A stretch of DNA of 18,451 bases from Octopus sinensis (Eukaryota). The translations under genes and the position numbers were made by a program. Positions 1 to 10,362 of the stretch are shown here, one piece after another (position 1 is the first letter of the stretch; the number at the start of each line of letters is the position of its first letter). Location: NCBI RefSeq assembly GCF_006345805.1, contig NW_021825534.1, positions 1 through 18,451 on the forward strand. Direction: 5' to 3'. Below the pieces are notes generated by a model. It saw only the letters and a program-made list of their open reading frames with translations, made no database searches and was not told the DNA's origin.

Positions 1-541
1 TCTTTCATTATCCAGTCCTTTTCTTTCGTTTCTTTCTTCTCTTCTTTCTTTCTTTCTTTCCTTCCTGCCTTCCTCCCTTCTTTCTTTCCTTCCTTCTTTC
101 TTTCCTTCTTTCCTTCCTTCTTTCCTTCCTTCTTTCCTTCCTTCCTTCCTTCTTTTCTTCCTTCCTTCTCTCTTTCCTTCCTTCCTTCTTTCCTTCTTTC
201 TTTCCTTCTTTCCTTCCTTCTTTCCTTCCTTCTTTCCTTCCTTCTTTCCTTCCTTCTCTCTTTCCTTCTTTCTTTCCTTCCTTCCTTCTTTCTTTCTTTC
301 CTTCCTTCCTTCTTTCCTTCTTTCTTTCCTTCTTTCTTTCTTTCCCTCCTCCCTTATTTCTTTCTTTCTTTCGTTCTTTCTTTCCTCCCTCCCTCCCTCC
401 CTCCCTCCCTTCCTTCCTTCCTTCTTTCTTTCTTTCCTTCCTCCCTTCTTTCTATCTTTCTTTCTTTCGCTCTTTCTTTCCTCCTTCCTTTCCTTCCTTC
501 CTTCCTTCCTTCCTTCCTTCCTTCTTTCTTTCTTCTTTTCC
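1..541. repeat. Polypyrimidine compound microsatellite (CTTT/CCTT/CTT)n
   Basis: Almost purely C/T for 540 bp, with tetranucleotide periodicity; runs off the window start. Confidence 0.97.
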
Positions 542-857
542 TTGTATCCTTGCACGATTTTGAGAAGATTCACGGACGTATATGACGCACCCTAATTTCG
601 ACAACCCATATTCAAGAGGAAAACAATTTTTAGTGCATTAAAGCATGCAGAGTATCCCAACACGGAGTTTATTTCTCCTCCCCCAAACAAACTCTATTAT
701 TTTTGACCTCTTGTGTTTCTCTCTAGCGATTTGTAAACAGCATTGATAACATCTCTAAACACGAGTCCCCGCCACATAACACAAAATGAAAAAAAACTTA
801 AGAAGCAGACATTTGTTGTGATTAAAAGAAAAGGAAATAAAATTTCGTTTCTTCCTA

Positions 858-1125
858 TCTATATATATATAAAACTGAGATTGTGTGTCTGTGTGCATGC
901 ATTACTAAAACTCAAGAACTATCCAACCGATTTCATTCAAATTGTACACTTGCATTACATAGGGTCCACGGAATGTCATGACCAAAACAATTTTCAACTT
1001 CTTGCCTAATGCGAGCCCGGAACAATCTCATAGACTGTTTCGATATTATGTGCCAAAAGTGAAACAATAACATCCCTATTGTAATGTGATATAATAGTTT
1101 CACTTATAATACTTTCCCTTTTAAT
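858..1125 (+). mobile_element. Probable non-autonomous Helitron, 5' portion
   Basis: A|TC junction at 857/858 followed by TCTATATATATATAAAA, a short GTGTGTCTGTGTG tract and AACTATCCAACCGATTTCATTCAAATT, the usual layout of animal non-autonomous Helitron 5' ends. No 3' hairpin/CTAG end found. Confidence 0.5.
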
Positions 1126-1133
1126 GGTTCAGA

Positions 1134-1185
<52 letters not shown>
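1134..1185. repeat. (TA)n microsatellite
   Basis: Direct reading. Confidence 0.97.
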
Positions 1186-1316
1186 AAAATATATGACTCT
1201 TTTAAAAACGTGAAACCCGGTCAAGTCCAATAAACATCTTTAAAAGACCTCTACATTTTCAAACCCTCTTTCGTATATATATTTCACTCGTGCAGTACCT
1301 TGCAAATTTACTTTGC

Positions 1317-1362
<46 letters not shown>
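1317..1362. repeat. (TA)n microsatellite
   Basis: Direct reading. Confidence 0.97.
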
Positions 1363-1364
<2 letters not shown>

Positions 1365-1500
1365 CAAATTTATAGAAAGCCAAAGACGAAGACAGGGAAG
1401 GAACATCAAGAAGGTGTATTACTTTGATGCTCAGGAAGAATGGAAAAGTCTTGATATTTCGAGCCGGCGATCTTAGACAGAAATGATTAGATAGGGGGGG
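1363..1500 (-). mobile_element. Dispersed repeat family D fragment (Penelope-like terminal region)
   Basis: The reverse complement (GCTCGAAATATCAAGACTTTTCCATTCTTCCTGAGCATCAAAGTAATACACC...CCTGTCTTCGTCTTTGGCTTTCTATAAATTTGAA) aligns by eye with 17505-17590 (+) and 9723-9757 (+). The Penelope assignment is inferred from the GCTCGAAAC-type motif. Confidence 0.55.
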
Positions 1501-1534
1501 GACGAAAAAATGGAAAGAGAAAAATGTGTTATAC

Positions 1535-1583
1535 ATATGTATGTATGTAGTATGCATTCATGCTTGTATGTATGTATGTGGGT

Positions 1584-1647
<64 letters not shown>

Positions 1648-1648
1648 C
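1535..1648. repeat. (TATG)n/(TA)n compound microsatellite
   Basis: Direct reading. Confidence 0.95.
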
Positions 1649-2149
1649 ATATTTTAATCCGCTAATCTTCCCTTCATTCTCTATATCTTTCATTTAATCT
1701 TTTCTCCCAATAATTTTTGTTGTTGTTTTTTCTCTTGTTTTCTTTCTTTTATGTTCCTTATTTCTCTCTCTCTCTCTCTACCACGTCGGCTAATTCTTCT
1801 CCTCTGCTCATTATTTATTTCTTCCCCTCCTTTCTTTATCTCTCTCTCCCATTTTCTCTCTCCCTCTCCTCCTTTCTCTCTTCTCCTCACGTCCTCCGTA
1901 ACCGCTTAAGTTCTAATTTCACCCCTCCACCCCTGCTTCTTTCTCTCACCTTTTGCACTGCCGCTCCCCAATTCTCTTATTTCTCCCTCTTTCTCCTCTC
2001 TTTCTCTCATTTCTCTCTGATTCGTCTCATCTTTCATCTCTTCTCTCACACTCTAACACATTGAGACTTCGTCTCAAAAACGCTATCTCTCATTGAACAC
2101 AAATTCGGAGGGAGCACCGGGTGGTGGTGGTGGTGGTAGTGGTAGTAGG

Positions 2150-2305
2150 AACATTGCATTGAACCGATCTCAATATATAACTGGTACTCAGTTTATCAAC
2201 TCCATAAAAGTGGCATATAACAGCGACCCCGACAAGATTCGAACTGGAAACGTACGATAACGAAGGCATACATCAAGACAGTCCAATGTCTTTGCCGTTC
2301 CACCG
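2150..2305 (-). mobile_element. Degenerate tRNA-derived SINE, family A
   Basis: TAACTGGTACTCAGTTTATCAACTCC...CGACCCCGACAAGATTCGAACT aligns with the better copy at 10848-10918 (TAACTGGTACTTATTTTATCGACACC...GGAATTTGAACTC). Confidence 0.65.
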
Positions 2306-3159
2306 ACTTACTTTACCCCTTCCGAGGGAGATTCTATGTGATCACTCAATCAGTTAGAAATAGAAGCTAAATCTACCTCAAATCACAACTTACAGTCTTA
2401 TATAAGGACAGAACACATTAGATTATGTAGTTCTGTATTTAGTTAATAAAAGAAAAGAAAACTGCATGGTCAAGGTTGTAATAGCTTTGATCACAAGTCT
2501 GTTCAACCAAAATTGGCCTGGGGTTAAATAACAACAACAACAACAACAACATTTAAGTAACGATAATTTCTTTACAAAATGTAAATAATAATAACAATAA
2601 AAGTCGATGTTTGTAGCCATTGTTTCGTATTTGTTTACTCTGTCGGTTTTTCAAGATAAGTAGGGGATAAAAAGAAAAATATTAAACAAAACTCCTCTTC
2701 ACTAAAATGTATAAATTTTGACTGATGTCTTTTCTCGTTTCAATGACTCCTATTCCACCTTCCTGGCTTACTTAGACAATTTAAGTAGGGGCCACCAGGA
2801 GACTGACGAAGACTCAGCTAAACTCTCCTCTGCATTCTTCACGGGGATCCTTTTGTTAACCTACTTAACATACAGCGCCACCATCATTTACACTCTTTGA
2901 TCTATAATTACCTCATAACTCTCCGCATTTACCTCCCTTCCTTCCGCTCTTTCATTTTTGCCCTTCTTTCTTTCCTTTCTTCATTCTACTCTACTCCGTC
3001 TATCATCTCTCTCTCGCTCCCTCTCCCTCTAATTCTCTCACTCTCTCTTTCTCTATCTTTCTTTCCGGTTTTATTTTCCGTAATACTTCTCATTTTCTCT
3101 TTTTGCTTTCACTTATTCGTCCATTCTTCGGTCAGTAATCTCTCTCTCTTTCAATATAC

Positions 3160-3380
3160 ATATATGCACGCATACATACATACATACTACATACATACAT
3201 ACATACATACATACATAATACATACATACATACAAATATGTATGTATGTATAAGTGGTACGTGTATGTGTGTGTGTGTATATGTATGCGTGAATATTTTG
3301 TTGAATATGTGTGTATGCATATATGTAAGCTAGAATGTATACATGTGTGTGTGTGTGTGTGGTGTGTGTGTGTGTGTGTA
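3160..3380. repeat. (TACA)n / (TATG)n / (GT)n compound microsatellite
   Basis: Direct reading. Confidence 0.93.
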
Positions 3381-3381
3381 A

Positions 3382-3605
3382 CCACAGTTTGGCCGAATGG
3401 CTAAGAAGTTCGCTTCGGAACTACGAGTGCCCGGGTTCGATCTACGTGACTGTTTTCTATAGCTTCGATTCTACCCATGAAAACTGTATAGAAGCCGATC
3501 AATTGCACTGAAAAGATTGTGTGACGCTGATCGTGCCTGAGAATTACGCAGTGATCAAATGAGTGAATTTGAACGAGTAGTCGTCGAACGACGGAGATCC
3601 ACAAC
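3382..3605 (+). mobile_element. Degenerate tRNA-derived SINE
   Basis: A-box TGGCCGAATGG and B-box GGGTTCGATC at tRNA-like spacing. There is no cloverleaf 3' half; unique body sequence follows, ending GTCGTCGAACGACGGAGATCCACAAC. Confidence 0.65.
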
Positions 3606-3609
3606 TATA

Positions 3610-3675
3610 AGTGTGTAGGTGTGTTTGTGTGTATATGTATGTATGTGCACATATACATACATAAATATATATATA

Positions 3676-3739
<64 letters not shown>

Positions 3740-3786
3740 GTGTGTGTGTGTGTTTGCGTGTATATAATTGTATACATATGTATGTA
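3610..3786. repeat. (GT)n/(TA)n compound microsatellite
   Basis: Direct reading. Confidence 0.95.
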
Positions 3787-4000
3787 TCTTTTAACTCTTA
3801 CATGTTTCGGTCATTAGATTGTGGCCATGCTGGTGCACCGCCTAGAAGAACTTTTTGTCGAAGGAATCGGCCCCAGTGTTTATTGTTTTAAAGCCTGGTA
3901 TTTATTCTTTTCGGTCATTTTTTGCCGAACCGCTAAGTTACAGTGATGTAAACACACAAACGTCGGTTATCAAGCGGTGGTTGGGGACAAACACCGACAA
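3787..4000 (-). mobile_element. SINE family B, 3' half
   Basis: Aligns with 12015-12150 (GTTTCGGTCA..GGCCATGCTGGTGCACC..TTTTGCCGAACCGCTAAGTTAC..GTAAAC..GACAAACAC) and is followed by (CA)n, as in that copy. Confidence 0.8.
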
Positions 4001-4002
4001 AA

Positions 4003-4123
4003 AGACACACATACACACACACACTCACATTCACACACACACACACACACACATTCACACACGCGCGCACACACACACACGCGCACACTGTTATATTGTG
4101 TGTGTGTGTGTGTGTGTGTGTGT
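4003..4123. repeat. (CA)n - spacer - (TG)n microsatellite
   Basis: Direct reading. Confidence 0.93.
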
Positions 4124-4699
4124 ATGGTAAGATGGAGCCGGCTACGATCTGCGTCTTCCTGACCTCCTCCCCCTTCCTCCCTCACATTCGCGTTATTTGT
4201 TGTTTTGATTTCATGGACCCGTTGTTATTATTCAACTCTTTTGTTCAACTAGAAAAGTATGGGTTGGTAGGGGTGGGGGGAGAACGGAGGGGGGGGGCTT
4301 TTGGTTCCGATTACATCTCGACCCCGATGGAATGTGTAAAACGAACTGAGCTAAACAACGTTAGAAAAGACGAAGGAGAAGAAAAGGAGGAGGAGGAGGA
4401 GAAGGGAGAAAAAGAAGGTGAATGAGTAAGAGAAAATGAAAGAAGGAAATGAGTAAAGAAAGAGGTGTAGTAGGAGGAGGAGAAGAGAGAGGAACAGAAG
4501 TAAAGATGGAGCGGGAGAGATAACAATTACACTGACGATGATGATAATGATGATGGTAATGGGAAGTAATAATAAGAAGGAAAAAAAAATTAAGAAGATG
4601 GAGAGCGAGGGTGGATTTTAGGTAGGCCACCTGTCCACCTCACCCCCTTTCAATATTTCCTTCACAGAAGCCACAACTAAGCCAGCCTCATTCACCAGC

Positions 4700-4790
4700 G
4701 TCCTTTTTAGTCAATCAGCCGAGCAAAATTAAGTGATTAGCCGGAAGTACTTCGCGGCGCACGTGCAAGCTTTCCGAGAGGTTTTCTTCC
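4700..4790. promoter_or_regulatory. Candidate cis-regulatory motif cluster (ETS site, E-box, two CCAAT-like boxes)
   Basis: CCGGAAGT at 4741-4748, GCACGTGC at 4759-4766, TCAATCAG at 4711-4718, GTGATTAG at 4733-4740, and about 8 CpGs in ~80 bp. Motif evidence only. Confidence 0.2.
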
Positions 4791-4794
4791 TTCT

Positions 4795-4826
4795 TTTACT
4801 TTCTTTCTTTCTTTCTTTCTTCCTGG

Positions 4827-4919
<93 letters not shown>

Positions 4920-4965
4920 TTCCTTTCTTTCTTTCTTTTTTGCTTGCTTGCTTCCTTCCTTTCTC
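4795..4965. repeat. (CTTT)n microsatellite
   Basis: Long near-perfect tetranucleotide run. Confidence 0.97.
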
Positions 4966-5044
4966 TTTCTATAGTCAATATTTTAATTGTTATTTCTGTA
5001 AATAAGCCGATGGATCGATAGAATCTATAGAGCAACAGACATAA

Positions 5045-5160
5045 TGTTCTGCGGTGTTTAACAACTATTCCTTAACCATCTGAGTTCAAACCGCACCAGA
5101 GATTGGTTTTGATTTAATCATTACAAACAATAAAGTACCAACTAAACAATAGGGTCATAG
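5045..5160 (+). mobile_element. Degenerate SINE, family A
   Basis: TGAGTTCAAA...AATAAAGTACCA...AGGGTC matches the motif order of 12320-12380. Confidence 0.55.
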
Positions 5161-5286
5161 AAGTGGACCTTCCCCACTAGCAAACTTATCAACCATTTTC
5201 CAGTTACTGTTTCTGTAAATAGCAACCAGTCTTGTACACGCGCACGCCAACACACACAACTTCACACGCATATGTACTTATACATA

Positions 5287-5475
5287 TGCAATGGCCCAGT
5301 GGTTAGGGCAGCGGACTCACGGTCGGAGGATCGCGGTTTCGATTCCCAGACCGGGTGTTGTGTGTGTTTATTGAGCGACAACACCTAAAAGCTCCACGAG
5401 GCTCCGGCAGGGGGTGGTGATCCCTGCTGTATTCATTCACCACTCTTTCTCACTCTTTCTTCTGTTGGCCATTTG
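5287..5475 (+). mobile_element. tRNA-derived SINE, family C-type head
   Basis: A-box TGGCCCAGTGG (5292-5302) plus TTAGGG, B-box GGTTTCGATTCCC (~5335-5347), then a non-tRNA body. The head resembles the minus-strand copy ending at 14727. Confidence 0.8.
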
Positions 5476-5496
5476 ATGGTCTGGTCGGTCACGTGA

Positions 5497-5800
5497 TCAC
5501 ATATGCATATGCATGTATGTATATGTGTATGCATGTATGCATGTATGTATGCATGTATGCATGTATGTATGCATGTGTGTATATATGCGTGTATGCATGT
5601 GTGTATGTATGTATGTAAGTATGTATGTACGTATATATGTATGTATGTATGTGTGTATGTATGTATGAATGTATTTATTTCCTAAGTAGCTAGCTATCTC
5701 CTCACACACACGCACATACATACATGCACACACACATACGCACACACACTTGCACACACACATGCACACACACATGCACACACACATGCACACACACATG
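5497..5800. repeat. (TATG/TGCA)n then (CA)n compound microsatellite
   Basis: Direct reading. Confidence 0.93.
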
Positions 5801-6844
5801 CAGAATCAACAGATGAGATCCAGAGATTGTCGGCATAGAAAACACTTTGTAGCACTCACATGATTCGAATTTAGATTCCTATGTCTTTGCGAGAGACCAA
5901 TTCCGTGGAGTAAAAAGTGGCTATTAGAAGAATTCATATATGAACATAACATCAATCCATATTCCTGTTACTATGGGTTTCATGCTGAAATTTTCAAGTC
6001 GACAATATCGACGACTTGCAAGCCAGAAGCGCAGAGTATTTTCATTTATGCTGAAAGTACACACACTCGTGTACTTTGTTCGGCTGTGGCAAAACTGTGG
6101 AACGAAATGTAGTGTAAAAATATTTTTGGGGAAAATAATATATGAGGAATAACGGAAGAATTATACCCCATGATTTGGTGTTAGCTGTAGGTAAAGTGTG
6201 TAAGCTGTGTGTATGTATCGTTTTTCATCTCAAAAATGGACATGACCACGTTGCCGAAACAAATTTTCGCCCGTGAGGGCAGCATCCAAAAATTTCGCTT
6301 TTTGATTTTAGAGAAGGCGCCCTGGTCGTGTGAGTGTGAAGCAAGTATCCATCAATCTATAGAAAATACCAGAATGATCAATTGCCTGAATTGTTTGAGT
6401 GTCGAATAGCTGCCGGCTTCTGTTCCAGTTGTTTGTGTTTTGAGCTAAAATTTCGTTCCTTACCATTGATCTCTTCATAGTAGGAAAATAGGGCTTTCGG
6501 AACTCAGTAACTGGCGATAAACTTCCAATATCAAGTACAATAAAATGTCAATTGGAACAATATCTTTGTCCGATCAATATGAAAACCAAGTGAACCATGC
6601 ACTGAAGTAAGATGACTGTTAGGCTACAAAACCTATCAAAGAAAGATGAAAAGCTTTTTTAAGCTTTGCAAAAAAAGAAAAGGAGATAGGGCTCAAATGA
6701 AAGCATAAACAGCTGAATATCACTAGGTATTTGTGACGTCACTTTACCGTTTCCACCATCCACCATCTTAGTCTTTATCATCATCATCATCATCATGGTT
6801 TGGTTTTTAATTTAGGCACAAAACCCGCAATTATGAGAGTGTAT

Positions 6845-6990
6845 GTCACAGACCCAATACCTATGGCTTCTTTATTTTCATCGACCCCAGAAGGATGAAA
6901 AGCAAAATTGACTTCGGTAGGATTTGAATTCAGGATGTAAAGAGCCGGAAGAAATACCCACAAAGCAATTTTTCTGATGTTCGAATAATT
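6845..6990 (-). mobile_element. Degenerate SINE, family A
   Basis: TTTATTTTCATCGACCCCAGAAGGATGAAAAGCAAAATTGACTTCGGTAGGATTTGAATTCAG aligns with 10858-10918. Confidence 0.8.
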
Positions 6991-7489
6991 ATAACAACCC
7001 GTTACTCTAGACATCGTCGAACGGTATCTTTGTTGTATCTTTTCCATAAGTATTTCCATGGAGATTGCTTGGATGAGCTTTCTGGTCTAATACTCTAAAG
7101 ACCTTTAAACATATCATCCGCTTCTCTTCTCAGGAACATCTTTTCTCTGTTGAACTTAGATTTTTCTCTTATTCTAAAAACTTATTTTCTCGAACTGCTA
7201 TTCTCTGGAACTAAACTACCATCACCTTGTTTAGCCCCCTTCCTTATTTTCCTTCTTTGTGGTCCTTTACGCCACAGAAGCCTCAAGCCGTTTTGGGGGA
7301 CAAAATCGTATAAAAGAAGAGGTATAGTAATTTCTTACATGACCCAAGGCCAAAAATATGTTGGGGAGAAGGGAGGTGATTTGTCTGCGCCTCCAACAAC
7401 GGTTTACTGTTCCTTTCTAAGCTTCATTTGTTCTAAATGTTTGCAAGAGAATGGAATGGTATCACTGGGAAAGCGGCTCTTTGGTTGCG

Positions 7490-8069
7490 TCAGTTACTGG
7501 GGTGTAAGACGAGGAAACATCTCTCATTTCAAAAGTTTCCACCGGCCGTTATTTTCTGCATTGGTTGGTGTCTTGAAAAAATGTATGGTTTCGAGATAAA
7601 TCAGAAATGGTAGCGAGATATTCCTGGCTTTTAAATAATGAATTCACGAAATCCAGTGGGATTTAAAAGTCCAAACAAAGTGATAGAGAACAATAGACCA
7701 GATATTAGCGTGGTGGAGAAGGGATGGACACATGTAATAATTATCGATGGTGACATTAGAGACAACGACATTAATATTTGCTAACAAGGATCGCAAGAAA
7801 ATGGTTAAATATTCGAAATTTTGTTTGGAAATTTCAAGAATGCGGAACATTCGAACAAAGTTCTGCAAATAATAATTGGAACTCTTGGCTCAATTCCTAA
7901 TAGCTCATTATAACACCTAAAACTGCAGTTTTACAAAACATGGCTAGACGTGGAAGCGCAACAAGCTGCGAAAGTTGAGCATTAAGTCATACGACCTCAA
8001 TCTGAGGTCATATGACTGAATGGAGAATACAGAGAACGTACCTGATTAACACCTGAAACCATGCTAAAA
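7490..8069 (+). pseudogene. Decayed C-terminus (restriction-like endonuclease domain) and 3' UTR of an R4/Dong-type non-LTR retrotransposon
   Basis: Allowing frameshifts and stops, the + strand reads DEET..LHW / MYGFEINQKW* / LNNEFTK / IQWDLKVQT / VIENNRPDISVVEKGWTHVIIID / KKMVKY / VLQIIIGTLGSIP. RPDI is at 7695-7706, IID at 7740-7748, KY at 7807-7812 and IIIGTLGSIP at 7869-7898. This follows the R4-clade motif order HW..KW..LWDF.IQTD.VI..NRPDI..IIDV..KY..IVIGALG. Confidence 0.85.
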
Positions 8070-8166
8070 GATGATGATGATGATGATGATGATGATGATA
8101 GTAGTAATAGTAGTAAAAATAAGAAAAGTAAATTTTAGTAATAATGATAATAACAATAATAATAAC
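8070..8166. repeat. (GAT)10 followed by degenerate (TAG/TAA)n
   Basis: Ten perfect GAT units at 8070-8099, then an AAT-rich tract. Confidence 0.93.
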
Positions 8167-8352
8167 ATTTTTTTCTACTCTAGGCTGAAGATCTGAAAGT
8201 CTGTGAAGGAGATCAGCTGATTCGATGGATGCCTGTGTTCGACTGATACTTATTGCATCAGCACCAAAGAGCCAAAAGGTAAAGTTGACCTCGGAGGCTC
8301 CTGAACTCTGAACGGAATGGTCTGGAAGAAATCATGCCAACGATTATGCCTT
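8167..8352 (-). mobile_element. Degenerate SINE, family A-like
   Basis: GACTGATACTTATTGCATCAGCACC..AAAAGGTAAAGTTGACCTCGGAGG..TGAACTCTGAAC aligns with 10850-10922. Confidence 0.65.
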
Positions 8353-8465
8353 AATTTAAAAATAAGTCGAGGTGGGGGGGGGGGACAAAAGAAAAAAGGA
8401 AAAAAAAAACTTAGTATCTTATACACTTATTGACTGTAATTAAGCATAACATAGTCTTGAAAAAG

Positions 8466-8830
8466 TCATCATCATCGTCATCAGCAGCAGCAGCAGCGGC
8501 AGCAACAGCAGCAACAACAACATTACCACTATGACTACCACGATAATAGTGATGACAACGACAATGACGATGGCGATGACGATGATGATGGCGATGATGA
8601 TGATGATGATGATAATGATGACGATGACGACGATGATGATGATGATGGTGACGATGATGGTGGTGGTGGAAGTGGTGATTACCCTCACCGTTGTCGTCGT
8701 CGTCGTCATCATCTCCACCGTCATCATTGTATATATTTGATGTTGTTGACATTGCAATTGTCCTACATGGCTGGTGGTGGTAGTGGTGGTGGTGGTGGTG
8801 GTGGTGGTGATGGTGACGGCGGTGGTGGTT
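8466..8830. repeat. Compound trinucleotide repeat: CAT, CAG/CAA, GAT/GAC, GTC/CAT, GGT blocks
   Basis: Direct reading; source of the poly-His, poly-Thr and poly-Met ORFs in the track. Confidence 0.93.
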
Positions 8831-9009
8831 TCTGTTGACAGGTTGCCAATACGGGTCTGTAATTCGGCTAAATTTTTTTTTTCATTTCTGTTTTTACAAA
8901 ACTGTCCCCTATGTTCGTAAGATAAGATGGGGCTACTTAGCACCAAAGACATCGACTGCTTGTCTTGTAGGGCCTCACACCACAGCAAAGGACCAAGTTG
9001 TCAAGTAGG

Positions 9010-9170
9010 CTGTGTATGTACATATGCATGAGCGATATGAATGTGCGTGTGTGTACGTGTGTACGTGTACATACAAGCACACATACTATCATACATACAT
9101 ATATACATATATACATACATGCATATATATATGTATTATATATTATATACATACATACATATATATATAT

Positions 9171-9226
<56 letters not shown>

Positions 9227-9250
9227 CTCTCTTACACTTTACTCTTTTAC

Positions 9251-9333
<83 letters not shown>

Positions 9334-9362
9334 CTATATATATATATATATACATAAATATA
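9010..9362. repeat. (TA)n/(TACA)n plus (TATC)n at ~9251-9333
   Basis: Direct reading. Confidence 0.95.
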
Positions 9363-9629
9363 TATTTCCATCCATTTCCAAGTAAGTATATATGTGTATA
9401 TATATTTCAGCGCGCGCGCGCACACACACACGCGTCAATAGGAGTATGTGTATAAGTGCGCTTGGTGCTGATGTACACAAATTGCACGCATGCAATCGTA
9501 CATAAAGATACCTACAAATATTAAGACGCATCGAAAACCGATGCTCCTCACCTTGGCTACTCAGAGTAACGACGGCGAAAAGTGAGTTTTAATCACCGTT
9601 AATATTATTAACTGTATGCAGGATATCAA

Positions 9630-9659
9630 CACACATATATGTATATGTGTGTGTATACA

Positions 9660-9725
<66 letters not shown>

Positions 9726-9786
9726 GTCTTCGTCTTTTGTTTTCTGTAAATTTGAACTATATATATAATATGTATATATACATATA

Positions 9787-9832
<46 letters not shown>

Positions 9833-9984
9833 GTATATGTATATACATATGTATATGTATATGTATATATATATATACATATGTATATGTATATATATAT
9901 ACATATGTATATGTATATATGTATATACATATGTATATGTATATGTATGTGTATATATATATATATATATTATATATATACATA

Positions 9985-10054
<70 letters not shown>

Positions 10055-10077
10055 CATATGTATATTGTATATATGTG

Positions 10078-10112
<35 letters not shown>
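9630..10112. repeat. (GT)n at 9665-9722 and a long (TA/TATG)n tract
   Basis: Direct reading. Confidence 0.95.
9723..9757 (+). mobile_element. Terminal fragment of repeat family D
   Basis: ACTGTCTTCGTCTTTTGTTTTCTGTAAATTTGAAC matches the reverse complement of ~1363-1396 and is followed by (TA)n, as there. Confidence 0.6.
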
Positions 10113-10116
<4 letters not shown>

Positions 10117-10338
10117 GTGTGTACGTTCAAGTAGTCTGCTTGATGGACAGCAGCCAAATCCAACCGCCACAAAAGAATTAAAACAAAAAAATAAAATAAA
10201 AACAAAAAGAAACAACCCGAAGGACCCAGAAAACATAAACATAAAAATAAATAAATCAAAGCGTTTATAATCCTTCATCGTTGCTATGGAAGCTAGCTGG
10301 GTTCAATTCCAGTTGGTTTCTCCTTAAATTTTTCACAG

Positions 10339-10362
10339 GACCATTTAATGAATGAAATACAG
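10339..10362 (+). other. Candidate 24-nt phase-0 microexon (DHLMNEIQ)
   Basis: Acceptor TTTCTCCTTAAATTTTTCACAG, donor CAG|GTAGGA, length divisible by 3, only one of three frames free of stops. No transcript evidence. Confidence 0.25.

Noticed and set aside
565-680. Possible pogo/Tc2-like terminal sequence (TTCACGGACGTATATGACGCACCCTAATTT)
   Set aside because: Resemblance from memory only; no matching inverted terminus found.
2718-2900. 60-aa non-repetitive ORF with a hydrophobic end
   Set aside because: TTG start, no recognised homology and no convincing splice signals; expected by chance.
5287-5350. tRNA gene (also the heads at 3382, 12249, 14384 and 14727)
   Set aside because: A and B boxes are present but there is no complete cloverleaf, and each continues into a repeated SINE body.
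6734-6741. Perfect CRE palindrome TGACGTCA
   Set aside because: A single 8-mer is not unexpected in 18 kb and has no supporting context.
7150-7599. 149-aa + strand ORF
   Set aside because: TTG start and no recognisable domain; its 3' end overlaps the retrotransposon fossil mostly out of frame.
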